A model generated the notes under the pieces. The model made no database searches and was not told the origin of the DNA. It saw only the letters and a list, made by a program, of their open reading frames with translations. Of a stretch of 64,000 nucleotides of DNA, positions 1 through 8,796 are shown piece by piece. The stretch is from a virus: positions 57,303 to 121,302 of the IMG/VR virus record IMGVR_UViG_3300041964_000099. One strand, written 5' to 3'. The translations under genes and the position numbers were made by a program. Positions within the stretch are counted from its first letter, which is position 1. The number at the start of each line of letters is the position of its first letter.

Positions 1-123
1 GGGCTTGAAGGTTTCTTTTTTTAAGAATTCCTTTCGAGTGCTGCTGATACATTACGGCGTCAAGTGTTCTTCAGGAACATTATTGCAGCAAACGGCGTGC
101 ATTCGCGGGCCATAGGACAGTAA

Positions 124-157
124 AAGGCCACCGTTGTCATCACACAACGGTGGCCTT
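124..157. terminator. Perfect 14-bp stem-loop, possible intrinsic terminator (A-tract on left, T-rich on right)
   Basis: AAGGCCACCGTTGT (124-137) / ACAACGGTGGCCTT (144-157), 6-nt loop. Confidence 0.6.
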
Positions 158-212
158 CGCTTTTCTTGTCTCAAGTCATTCAGTATCCAGTCATCACAGA
201 AGGAGAACCAGC

Positions 213-608
213 ATGGCTCATGCTGACGCTGCCACGTCTCATTGTCCAAATATAGCAACAGTTTGTAAACTCCCCCGCAAATCCAAAGGGCTTAGGGTGC
301 AACAAGCGGCTGAACCGCCCAAAAAGCGCACCCTAAACGCTGCCGTACTGCTGAGAGATGCCGCCACACTGCCTGACGCCGAAATTGAATCTCTGATCGA
401 AGCGCTGCACGGGCTGCTCGATGCTCGAAAGCTCGAAGCTGAACCAGAGCCTGAGTCCGGTGGCGATCGCCAAAGCACAGCCAGCAAGGGGCAAGGCGGT
501 CACTTTGTTCGGAAAATGATCAACAACTGCGGCCCCTATCAATATCTGCGCTTCCGCAGTGGGGGAAAATACCGCTCTGTCTACCTTGGCAAAGCTAAGG
601 AGGCGTGA
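213..608 (+). CDS. Hypothetical protein with C-terminal GPYxYLR...SVYLGK basic module (probable DNA-binding)
   Basis: ATG at 213 follows AAGGAG, in frame with track ORF 150..608. Confidence 0.55.
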   Translation: MAHADAATSHCPNIATVCKLPRKSKGLRVQQAAEPPKKRTLNAAVLLRDAATLPDAEIESLIEALHGLLDARKLEAEPEPESGGDRQSTASKGQGGHFVRKMINNCGPYQYLRFRSGGKYRSVYLGKAKEA

Positions 609-1006
609 TGGAGAAGCCAGAACGTGATGAAGTGCAAACGGCACTAGCAATTGTTAAGCTGCATCCCGGCATCACGCGAGAGTCGCTGGCCGTCCAGCTC
701 GGCTATACCCCAACGATCGAGCGGGCTGGGCGCGATGGCCGAATTCCTCGCGCAAAGATCACCCGAATTGTTGAAATCCTGAAGCAAAAACATAAGGTTC
801 AAATCGTTGAACCAAAATTCAAGGATTCTCACGCTCAGCTTCGGCTGTACGCCCACGGCGCAAAAATTCCGCAGCCCAAACCGATATTTCAAAGCAGGGT
901 TGAACCTGCCTGCAATGTCTATGTTGACCCTGCAATTAAAGGGAGCTGGAAGCCGCCGAACTCCTCACGCCAACGCCAACAAATCAATCACAGGAGACAA
1001 GCATAA
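605..1006 (+). CDS. Hypothetical protein, possible winged-helix DNA-binding domain
   Basis: Overlapping start/stop with both neighbours; HPGITRESLAVQLG...KITRIVEILKQKHKV resembles a wHTH. Confidence 0.5.
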   Translation: MMEKPERDEVQTALAIVKLHPGITRESLAVQLGYTPTIERAGRDGRIPRAKITRIVEILKQKHKVQIVEPKFKDSHAQLRLYAHGAKIPQPKPIFQSRVEPACNVYVDPAIKGSWKPPNSSRQRQQINHRRQA

Positions 1007-1467
1007 TGCGCGGAATTTTATGGGCTGTACTGGTTCAACCAGAGCAACTGGAAATCGATCGACGCTATCCTTGCGGCGATCCCCACCACATCACCCTGAA
1101 ATATGATGTTGAGCTTGGCAGAATTGAGGCGCTGAATTGTCTGGGCACAGAGTTTGACGCGATCGTTTGGGCTGAAGCTGCTAACAATCGCATTCAAGCT
1201 TTGCAGGTAAAAGTGCCTGGTTTTATTCCTTCAGAGAATCCGTTCCCGCACATTACGGTGAGCTACATCGAAGGAGTTGAGCCATGCGAATCCAACCAAA
1301 TGTTGGCGGACTATGCAAGTAATCCGGCGCTCAAAGCGATGGCTGAGGCTCGCGGCCAAATCCGCTTTTTTGACAAGTCGCGAATTGTGAAATGCCGAAT
1401 TGAGTTTCAGGAATTTCCTCCAACTGAAACTAATGCGATCGAATTTCAAACAGATATTTGCTCTTAA
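1006..1467 (+). CDS. 2H phosphoesterase superfamily protein
   Basis: Two HxT motifs (PHHITLKY, FPHITVS) about 60 residues apart, followed by GVEPCESNQML. Confidence 0.75.
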   Translation: MRGILWAVLVQPEQLEIDRRYPCGDPHHITLKYDVELGRIEALNCLGTEFDAIVWAEAANNRIQALQVKVPGFIPSENPFPHITVSYIEGVEPCESNQMLADYASNPALKAMAEARGQIRFFDKSRIVKCRIEFQEFPPTETNAIEFQTDICS

Positions 1468-1474
1468 AGAAAAA

Positions 1475-1504
1475 CCCCAGTAGTCCTGGCCGGGATTACT
1501 GGGG
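1475..1504 (-). terminator. GC-rich hairpin followed by a U-tract on the minus strand
   Basis: CCCCAGTAGTCC...GGATTACTGGGG preceded on + by AAAAA, i.e. a terminator for a leftward transcript. Confidence 0.5.
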
Positions 1505-1528
1505 CCACAGAACTATCAAATCAAGATC

Positions 1529-1588
1529 ATGACACAAACCAGCTTGAAACTGCTTCCGCACAGCCTGACGGCGAGGAGCAGGAAATGA
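1529..1588 (+). CDS. 19-aa leader peptide overlapping the initiator start (ATGA)
   Basis: MTQTSLKLLPHSLTARSRK*; its first 13 nt (ATGACACAAACCA) are identical to the initiator's first 13 nt. Confidence 0.35.
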   Translation: MTQTSLKLLPHSLTARSRK

Positions 1589-2736
1589 CACAAACCACAC
1601 CTCAACCCAAAGACAAACCGCACTATCGGTTTTACCTTGAACAGATAAAAGAAGACTACGAACAAGGCAATTTAACCGCGAAAGGAGCGCTACTCATGGC
1701 TCTGCGGATCATGCGGAGACCGGGGCATCAGCTCAGAATCACGAACATGGATGACTTTGCCAAGATCATTGGCTGCAATGCCCGCACCTGCTACAGCTCA
1801 ATTAACAGGCTGAAAGAAGAGAAGCTAATTGAGTGGAAAGATGTCGCGGGCATTGATATCTGGATTCCCGTCAGGAAAGAATCAGCCGTTGCTAAACGCA
1901 AAATTGGCATTGATCAAACGATCAGTGGCACTGATCAAACGATCAATCCTACTGATCAAACGATCAGTGGCACTGATCAAACGATCAATGACACCCCCTT
2001 AGAATCCTTGTCAGAGGCCGATTCTAGCGATCCCCCCAATTCTTTCTCAGATAATTCTTCAATTTTTTCTCAAAGAGAGAGAGAAAGCGCGGAAGATTTT
2101 GAAAAATTAGAACAGCCGTCTGCTTCGTTGCCGGAACAAAACGAACCCCCCACAATCCCAGACAACACGGGTGGAGACCAAAGTTCCGCCGCGCCTGCTG
2201 CGGCCCCGTTCGACTGGAAAACTTATCACTGGGCTGGATACGAAAAGGCTGGAGATGGTGGCAGCGATCCTAAGTTTTGGGATTGGGCCAGAGACTTTGT
2301 TGTTGGACTGGCTGAAAAACGCGCAAATTCAGATAGCCCGATCGGTGAAATTGATGCCTATACCCGCAAGTGCATCCAGACCCGTGCAGCAGCAGGGTAT
2401 GAAAAATATCTGATTTCGATCGGGGTTTTAGCACCTCCTCAAGCCCCACCCCAAGCTGCAAGTCAAACTGAATCGGTGAGAGGTCGCGGCATTCATTGGT
2501 CTGAATCAGGCAGTTGGGAAAATCCTCCCAGTGATTTGAGCGAGGAATTTGCCCTCTTTAAGATTCATTGGTCGCGTTTAGAGCTGGGCTGGAAGAATCC
2601 GGCCTTCCTGGAATGGATTGAAAAAGCTCAGGCCCTGCAAGCTTTCCGTTGGGATAACTACAGCAGTCTGCACACCTTGCCGGACTGGGCTGTAGCGAAG
2701 CTAGCTCACGATCTTTCAAACACAAAATTCCTATGA
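1585..2736 (+). CDS. Phage/plasmid replication initiator (lambda O-like layout: N-terminal wHTH, internal iterons)
   Basis: DDFAKIIGCNARTCYSSINRLKEEKLIEW wHTH, then in-gene 21-bp tandem repeats and a low-complexity linker. Confidence 0.7.
   Translation: MTQTTPQPKDKPHYRFYLEQIKEDYEQGNLTAKGALLMALRIMRRPGHQLRITNMDDFAKIIGCNARTCYSSINRLKEEKLIEWKDVAGIDIWIPVRKESAVAKRKIGIDQTISGTDQTINPTDQTISGTDQTINDTPLESLSEADSSDPPNSFSDNSSIFSQRERESAEDFEKLEQPSASLPEQNEPPTIPDNTGGDQSSAAPAAAPFDWKTYHWAGYEKAGDGGSDPKFWDWARDFVVGLAEKRANSDSPIGEIDAYTRKCIQTRAAAGYEKYLISIGVLAPPQAPPQAASQTESVRGRGIHWSESGSWENPPSDLSEEFALFKIHWSRLELGWKNPAFLEWIEKAQALQAFRWDNYSSLHTLPDWAVAKLAHDLSNTKFL
1911..1987 (+). repeat. Four 21-bp-period iterons TGATCAAACGATCA (candidate origin)
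   Basis: Copies start at 1911, 1932, 1953, 1974; spacers GTGGCAC / ATCCTAC / GTGGCAC. Confidence 0.85.
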
Positions 2737-3188
2737 GCATTCCAAAAATTCGCTTAAAGGCTGATTGCCCCTTGGCAAAGCTGAACGAAATTTTCCCCAA
2801 AGGTGTGCCGGTCGGCTCTACTGAGCCATTGCTTCTTGTGCAGAATCAGCCTTGCTTAGCGCTGTTCCTACGAACTCCGACCGCACGCTTACATGATGAG
2901 CTGATTGATCAAGTTCTAGCCGCACTTCAAGATGATGCCGTTCCTGTGAGCATCACGCTCACAGTAGCAGAGGCGGCGATCGTGCCAATTTTGCCTGAAT
3001 GGGTTGAGTCTCCTGAAGAAGAAGCCCACGGGTTAATTCAGCAGTTTGAAGCGTGGAACTCATTGACTGCCGAGCAGCGTACCAAAACAGTGCTGGCAGC
3101 CAATCGCCTCGTTGCGCTTGACTCAGGCCCAATCAGCTTTCCACTCTGGCTGAAATTGCTCAATTGGAGAGATTCTAAATGCCAATAA
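2733..3188 (+). CDS. Hypothetical protein
   Basis: ATGA-coupled to the initiator; part of the early operon. Confidence 0.6.
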   Translation: MSIPKIRLKADCPLAKLNEIFPKGVPVGSTEPLLLVQNQPCLALFLRTPTARLHDELIDQVLAALQDDAVPVSITLTVAEAAIVPILPEWVESPEEEAHGLIQQFEAWNSLTAEQRTKTVLAANRLVALDSGPISFPLWLKLLNWRDSKCQ

Positions 3189-3484
3189 GAAGTTTGATGC
3201 AAGTAGGCGCGGTCGCCCACCACATTCCAACACGGCTGCTGTTAATCGTTGCTGCAATTGAAACCTATGCCAAGAAGTGCTGGCTGTGGGATGCTCCCCG
3301 ACCAGGAGGCAATCGCTATCCAGTCGAGGAGTGTGAATTGGCACGGCTGGAACATCTGACTGCGGCAGTTTTAGTCATGGGCCAAACCTTGATTTCAGTA
3401 GTGCGGCAAGGCGATCTGATTATTCTCAGCAACGACCATCGCCGCATTGGAGTGCGGCTCAACCATTCAGGCAGGAGGAACTAA
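3179..3484 (+). CDS. Hypothetical protein
   Basis: Overlaps both neighbours in the + strand operon. Confidence 0.55.
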   Translation: MPIRSLMQVGAVAHHIPTRLLLIVAAIETYAKKCWLWDAPRPGGNRYPVEECELARLEHLTAAVLVMGQTLISVVRQGDLIILSNDHRRIGVRLNHSGRRN

Positions 3485-3660
3485 TGCGCTACTCAGAGCT
3501 TGAGCAACTGCTGAAACAAAACCTTGATCCTAAGTTGCGGATTGATCTGCAACTAACGATGAGGAAGCTATCAGAGCAGGACATGGCGGCGCTGAATGAC
3601 GCGATCGCCCTGCTGCGCGAATCAGCTTCAATGGAGCCGATACCGAAACAACCCCTATGA
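3484..3660 (+). CDS. Small hypothetical protein (58 aa, below the track cut-off)
   Basis: MRYSELEQLLKQNLDPKLRIDL...KQPL*; TAATG overlap upstream, ATGA overlap downstream. Confidence 0.55.
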   Translation: MRYSELEQLLKQNLDPKLRIDLQLTMRKLSEQDMAALNDAIALLRESASMEPIPKQPL

Positions 3661-4911
3661 CTTTGGCTGATTGCGAGGCTATAAAGGAACAGATCAGGCT
3701 ATTGTCACCCCAGCCTGACGAAAATCTCCATGCGCCATCGTCAAGACCTTGCCTGCACAGCGATCGGGCAGAAAATGCTGCGTCAACTGATGGCAGCACC
3801 GCTCGGCCTAAGCACGAAGGCCATCGCCGATCACGCCGTCGAGACGGAAACCCTGACGCGCCGCCGTCTCTACCAGCTTGTCGGGACAGGCTGGGTAAAA
3901 GTGAAGGGCGACAATCCGCTGACCTGGCAGCCGTCTCAGAAGCTGATTGCCCAGCCACCGAGCTGTCCGAACCTGGCGACGGCCTAACCGCCCCAGCCGT
4001 ACCGCCTTATCCGATCGGCAAAAAGCTGCAACGACATTCCAGCGGCCATGTGTATGAGATTCGTCACGCCTCCGCTACCCATGCAACCTTAAATTGTGAG
4101 CTGGGTGGCAGGGTTATCTCATCGCTGCTGACCTGGGCAGAAGTTGAAGCTGAATTCGATGTTTTGGCCGACCTGTTTCGATCGGCTGGTTTTGAATGCC
4201 TGCGAATCAAGAAAACGCTGCATGTCCTGATTGGCACTGCTCAGCAGATTGATGAACTGTTCAAGCACTGCTGCTCAACAAAAACGATTCAGGCAGGCCG
4301 GATCAAAGGCGTGCAGACCTTAGTAGGAAAGCGCTGGACATATTTAGGCGGCTGTTTTGCTGGCGAGAAAGGCCGAAAGTATGCCGATATTTATGAGCTG
4401 CTGCCAGAAGGCACGAAGCTGCGGCCTGTGCGCTACTCCTATCAAGGCCGAATGGTCAGCTACCGCAAGCAAAATTATGTGCTGGGGCAGAAAGTGGTGG
4501 CCTGCGCGAAATGGTGGTTCCGCGAGCTGGAGCGCGATCACATCACTTCGAGAGTTCCTGCCCCAAACAATCCTACAAGCGATCGCCTTCAGAAAATCGC
4601 ACAACTTGAAGCTGAATGCGATCGCATTCAGGCTGAAGGCGAAATTGCACCTGCAAACTGCTGGCTAGAGCGCCCCCCCGTGCCACAGCAACAAAGACAA
4701 TCGGCAAGTCTTTTACCGCTCGAAGCAAGCGATTTTTAAGGCTGTCCGGCCTAAACCTGGCAGTCCCAAGATGGTCAAACGTCGCTACGTTGGCATGGCT
4801 GGCAGCGACGAAGACATCGCGGCCCAGGCCGCGATTAAGCGCCGCAATCAACTGCGGCAGCTCCGGCTTCAAATTCAACAGCTAGAAAAGGAGACCTCGA
4901 TCGATGGGTGA
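3657..4911 (+). CDS. Hypothetical protein with an apparent +1 frameshift at a C7 run (4673-4679)
   Basis: Track ORF 3657..4739; the +1 frame continues as RQVFYRSKQAIFK...KRRYVGMAGS...AAIKRRNQLRQL to TGA 4909-4911, overlapping the next ATG. Confidence 0.5.
3730..3987 (+). CDS. Winged-HTH-like ORF nested in the +1 frame of 3657..4739
   Basis: GLSTKAIADHAVETETLTRRRLYQLVGTGWV; the overlapping part of the longer ORF reads like a shadow frame. Confidence 0.45.
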   Translation: MRHRQDLACTAIGQKMLRQLMAAPLGLSTKAIADHAVETETLTRRRLYQLVGTGWVKVKGDNPLTWQPSQKLIAQPPSCPNLATA

Positions 4912-5353
4912 TTCAAAACGACGCAAATTGACAGATCCCAACTATGGAAGGCCACAGTGGTTGTGGAAGTCGCCGCCGACAGAAGACGATTTGCGCCGAT
5001 GGGCGCGAATTGTTCCTGAAGCTTTATCAATTGAGATTGCCTACAAAATTCGCACGAAAGAACTTGTGCCGCCTGAAAATGCCAGGATGCCCGCTGACTG
5101 GCCGTACTATATGCGCTGTTTGGAGGTTTATCCCCCTGCAAATGACTGGATTGAGCAAGAAATCTACAAGCTAATTCAGCAAAAGTTAGTGCCCGAATTT
5201 CGATCGAGAGATCAGGCGTATGTGCGATTACTGCTGATTTTAGGAGCGGCCCAAGCATTTGCTGAGATCTGTGAAGTCGATGACCGCAAATTTTTAGGAA
5301 GCTTAAACAATGCCCCTAATTTCATATCAGCCCTGGAAAGCCGAAAAAGTTGA
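4904..5353 (+). CDS. Hypothetical protein
   Basis: AAGGAG upstream; MGDSKRRK start. Confidence 0.6.
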   Translation: MGDSKRRKLTDPNYGRPQWLWKSPPTEDDLRRWARIVPEALSIEIAYKIRTKELVPPENARMPADWPYYMRCLEVYPPANDWIEQEIYKLIQQKLVPEFRSRDQAYVRLLLILGAAQAFAEICEVDDRKFLGSLNNAPNFISALESRKS

Positions 5354-5690
5354 ATTGGCCGAATGTTTTCAGACAATTCGCCAAATTCGCAAGTACCCAA
5401 TCAAAGTGGGCGATCGCCTGCATCACTGGCAGCAGCAGCGTAGCCCAAAGCGCCGCAAGCTAGGCGAGTCAATCTGCACAGAGATAAAGCCAATTTCCAT
5501 TTCAACGGAAGGAACAATCTGCCTAGACAGCAAACCACTAGACATTTACGCCGCTCGCATCTTCGCGATCGCCGATGGTTTTGAAAATTTAGATACTTTT
5601 TTCAACTTTTTTCAACAAGGTTATAGCTTTCCTTTTAGCGGAGTTGTAATTTGTTGGAAAGAGTTTGAAAAGTGGCAGGAACAAAGCTAA
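5310..5690 (+). CDS. ASCH/PUA-like domain protein
   Basis: QTIR...IKVGDRLHHW...RKLGESICTEIKPI...FAIADGF...FFNFF pattern of phage ASCH-like proteins. Confidence 0.6.
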   Translation: MPLISYQPWKAEKVELAECFQTIRQIRKYPIKVGDRLHHWQQQRSPKRRKLGESICTEIKPISISTEGTICLDSKPLDIYAARIFAIADGFENLDTFFNFFQQGYSFPFSGVVICWKEFEKWQEQS

Positions 5691-5721
5691 TTTTTGCCCC
5701 TAGAAAAAGACATAATATTCT

Positions 5722-5907
5722 ATGAGACTTACTGAAGACGCCAGACGAATGCTATCCACGATCGCGAATAGCGCTGAAACAAATCCGATCGAAATGATCC
5801 ATGCGTTAATTCATGAGGCGTACTATCGCCCTCACGGAGATTGGAACGAAATTTTAGCCAATTTCCGATCGCGATCGCAGTCAACCCCAACTGGAGAATC
5901 AGAGTGA
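5722..5907 (+). CDS. Small ribbon-helix-helix-like protein
   Basis: MRLTEDARRMLSTIA...IEMIHALIHEAY. Confidence 0.4.
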   Translation: MRLTEDARRMLSTIANSAETNPIEMIHALIHEAYYRPHGDWNEILANFRSRSQSTPTGESE

Positions 5908-6212
5908 CAAATTTACCGATTGAACCTGAACAGAAAAATGAAATTCCGCTTGGAATTGCGGCTGAACGCCTCTTCTACGAGGCGCTAAACCAAGAGCGCA
6001 CGGTTATCCTGCCGATGCTCCCTCCCGATAATGATAAGGGTCTTAAACCGGGAGAAACGGCTCCAGCGACCGGAGGTTTGCCCGCCAACTGTAGTGGTTT
6101 AGTGATTGCCGCTCACTGTTCAAGCGCTGATGCAAAAGAATTGATATCGATGGTTCTCTACTGGCAACAGAAACGCATCCACAGAGCAGAAGCTCAAGCA
6201 CAAGCAAATTAA
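5904..6212 (+). CDS. Hypothetical protein
   Basis: GTG at 5904 overlaps the upstream TGA; within track ORF 5841..6212. Confidence 0.5.
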   Translation: MTNLPIEPEQKNEIPLGIAAERLFYEALNQERTVILPMLPPDNDKGLKPGETAPATGGLPANCSGLVIAAHCSSADAKELISMVLYWQQKRIHRAEAQAQAN

Positions 6213-6226
6213 GCGGGGCAATCGTT

Positions 6227-6664
6227 ATGCCAATGATTCGCAACCTTTATCCGAAAAATTGGGATACGATCGCCCGACGCATTAAGCGAGAAGCCAATTG
6301 GCATTGCGAAAGTTGCCAGCGGCCCTGCTTAATGCCGGGAGAAGACCCCTGTGATTTCTGGATTGGGCTGAACTGGTCAATTGGCGCGATCGCCCAGGCT
6401 GTTTCTGACGAGCGAAATCAAATGCAGTTTGGCAAGCTGAAGCGGTTTGAATTGGGCGTGGCCCACCTCAACCACAACCCACCCGATTGCTCGCGAGAAA
6501 ACTTGATTGCGCTCTGTACTGTTTGTCATACGCGCATGGACTTGCAGGCAATAGGCACAAAACGACGGCTCAAGCTAGAACGCAACGGGCAACTTAACCT
6601 ATTGACTCCGATGGTTGATAACGACCCTGCCAAAGTTCAACTGCCGATCGAGGGGGTTATTTAA
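6227..6664 (+). CDS. HNH endonuclease family protein
   Basis: YPKNW...CESC...VAHLNHNPPDCSRENLIALCTVCH. Confidence 0.8.
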   Translation: MPMIRNLYPKNWDTIARRIKREANWHCESCQRPCLMPGEDPCDFWIGLNWSIGAIAQAVSDERNQMQFGKLKRFELGVAHLNHNPPDCSRENLIALCTVCHTRMDLQAIGTKRRLKLERNGQLNLLTPMVDNDPAKVQLPIEGVI

Positions 6665-6745
6665 TAGGGCATTGCCGATTTAATTGTGAGAGGTTGGCAT
6701 CCTCAATTTGATGTGAGTTCAAAACAACTAATTTGGAAGGTAAAA

Positions 6746-7105
6746 ATGCGGAACAACGAAGCAATCATTGCGATTCATGCGAAGGCAATCGAGTATTTTC
6801 GAGCTGAGATGATCAACCTAGTTCTAGCGGAAAGCCCAGCACCTATTCTCCGAAACTGGATAGAAGCGATCGATGGAGTTGAGCAAGCAATGAAATTTCT
6901 CACCTCAAAGGATAACGAGGATGAGGATGAGGATGAGGATGAAGACGAAGAGGAAGACGAAGAGGAAGACGAAGATGAAGACGAAGAGGATGATGATGGG
7001 GGTCTAATGCTGACATTTGCTGTTACACAAAACTCAGTAGAGTTAGGCGCAGAGTTCAAAAAAGCTGCTGAATGGATTAAAAAGCTTGGCAGTTTATCAA
7101 TATAG
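6746..7105 (+). CDS. Small protein with a 27-residue pure Asp/Glu tract
   Basis: ATG 6746 after GGAAGG; D/E tract encoded at 6917-6997. Confidence 0.6.
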   Translation: MRNNEAIIAIHAKAIEYFRAEMINLVLAESPAPILRNWIEAIDGVEQAMKFLTSKDNEDEDEDEDEDEEEDEEEDEDEDEEDDDGGLMLTFAVTQNSVELGAEFKKAAEWIKKLGSLSI

Positions 7106-7138
7106 TCGATCGAAAAGAACAACGATTAAAAGAAGTCA

Positions 7139-7507
7139 ATGAAAAAAAAGAAGCGTAAGGCAACACTCGATGATTTAAGGCGAGGTCGGGCAAAACTCAA
7201 AAACTCCACTGAAGATACACTCGACCCTAATAATGTGATGCCACGGCAGTGTGAAACCTGCCCGTGGAGACCCGATCGCGGCATTCTCAGAGGCCAGCCA
7301 AAGCAAGCAATGCTGGGTTTGATAGAGCAAGTATTAACGATTGCTAATCAGCCCTGTCATAGTCCAGGCTTAGTAGGTAAGCCTGAGAATCAAATTTGCC
7401 GAGGGGCACGCGATTTTCAGCTTCTAGCCTATTTTGCAATGGGGGAGCTGACCGCTCCAACCGATGAAGCTTGGCGTGAAGCGCTCGAAAGACGGCATGA
7501 AAAATGA
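7139..7507 (+). CDS. Cys/His-rich putative Zn-binding protein
   Basis: CETCPWR...CHSP...ICRGA. Confidence 0.6.
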   Translation: MKKKKRKATLDDLRRGRAKLKNSTEDTLDPNNVMPRQCETCPWRPDRGILRGQPKQAMLGLIEQVLTIANQPCHSPGLVGKPENQICRGARDFQLLAYFAMGELTAPTDEAWREALERRHEK

Positions 7508-7547
7508 ATCTCAGTCAGACTTTTAGACCGCAACTCTAGGAAAGCCA

Positions 7548-8009
7548 ATGACAAAAGACAATCAACCCCCTTTCGATCCCAAACTTAAAGAAGCCATTGC
7601 CGAAATGGAAGCGATCGCTAAGAAGCACGGCATCGCCGCCCTATTCTGCCTCGCTTCTGAGACTCACGGAGAATTCAAAGCTTTCTTTCCTTCCTGGTCA
7701 ATTATTCAACTAAGAGAAAAAGAAGGAGAGCAGAGATTCAGAGTTCAAGTTAAAAAAGATCAGCACGATCTTGAGCAGGTTAATGCAAGTCTTCATCTCG
7801 CTTACAGCTTGCGCGATATGGCAGGCGTGCAATACCAAAACTTTGAAACAATTTGCACTGTGTTGACCGAAAAACTCAATGTTGAGCATGTGCCGTTTCA
7901 TGGCAACCAGGATTTTGATGGCTGGCAACAGCCAGATTTAGGCCCAGCTCCTGCAAGAATCATTGATTTTAATGAACAAAGGGGGAAAGGTTTTGGCAGC
8001 GGAAAATAA
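7548..8009 (+). CDS. Hypothetical protein
   Basis: AGGA upstream; 153-aa ORF in the early operon. Confidence 0.6.
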   Translation: MTKDNQPPFDPKLKEAIAEMEAIAKKHGIAALFCLASETHGEFKAFFPSWSIIQLREKEGEQRFRVQVKKDQHDLEQVNASLHLAYSLRDMAGVQYQNFETICTVLTEKLNVEHVPFHGNQDFDGWQQPDLGPAPARIIDFNEQRGKGFGSGK

Positions 8010-8016
8010 GCTTGAA

Positions 8017-8172
8017 ATGACGATCGACGGCAGCGATATTTACCTGCATTTTGCCGTCAGTTCCCCCGAAAAGGCGAAAGAGCTGTTTGACCAGATTGCC
8101 GCCGCCGCTTCTAAATTTCATGTCAGCAATCGAGATAATACGGATGAAATTTCAACGATCGACCCCAAATGA
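8017..8172 (+). CDS. Small hypothetical protein
   Basis: ATG 8017 within track ORF 7963..8172. Confidence 0.4.
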   Translation: MTIDGSDIYLHFAVSSPEKAKELFDQIAAAASKFHVSNRDNTDEISTIDPK

Positions 8173-8497
8173 GACTTATCCTATTATTCGCTTCGTCTCC
8201 CTGGAAAATCGCTGGGAGCTGGGTTTTTGTCCAATGATGTTTGGGATTCGCGTTTGCCTTTCGCAAGTAAATAGCCCTCTCATCACTCTGACCTATTGTG
8301 CTGGGCCTGATGAAGGCTTTGCCCTTCTGCTACTGGCAACACTTGTAGTCATTTTGCAGCCATATCCTGAAACTGTAACGGAGCGTCAACTGCAAGATGA
8401 TTTTCCCCGCTACAGCATCAAGCCCATTAACCTTGATCCGGTCTGCTGGCCCCGACTGATGGAGATGTCAGAAGCAGTTGGGGCAAAAACAACATGA
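8144..8497 (+). CDS. Hypothetical protein
   Basis: Within track ORF 8051..8497; start uncertain; ATGA overlap with the next gene. Confidence 0.5.
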   Translation: MKFQRSTPNETYPIIRFVSLENRWELGFCPMMFGIRVCLSQVNSPLITLTYCAGPDEGFALLLLATLVVILQPYPETVTERQLQDDFPRYSIKPINLDPVCWPRLMEMSEAVGAKTT

Positions 8498-8796
8498 ACC
8501 AACTAGCTTTACTTGCTCGCTGGGCTGCCCTTCGGCCAGCCGACTATGCCGATTTTGTAACGCGGATGCAAAGCTGCCAGTTGCAGCGGCAAGCCCAAGC
8601 TGAGCTGCTGCTGACGGCTGTTGAAGCGGCACTGGCTGAAGGATGGGATTGTCAGCTTAAACCGGCTGCCAGCGGTTGCCATGCCCTAATTGGCCTGGGC
8701 TACTGCCAAGATGCAGACGTGGCCCTTGCAGCCCTGACCGCACTGATTCAGAACCTCGATCGAAATCCAATTAAACAAATAAATGTCCAAAATTAA
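8494..8796 (+). CDS. Hypothetical protein, last gene of the early + operon
   Basis: Coupled start; ends inside the inverted-repeat site. Confidence 0.5.
   Translation: MNQLALLARWAALRPADYADFVTRMQSCQLQRQAQAELLLTAVEAALAEGWDCQLKPAASGCHALIGLGYCQDADVALAALTALIQNLDRNPIKQINVQN

Noticed and set aside
6775-7122. Poly-Ser ORF on the minus strand
   Set aside because: It is the antisense shadow of the Asp/Glu tract of 6746..7105.
7139-7150. A8 run at the start of 7139..7507 as a slippage site
   Set aside because: The ORF is in frame (MKKKKRK) and needs no shift.
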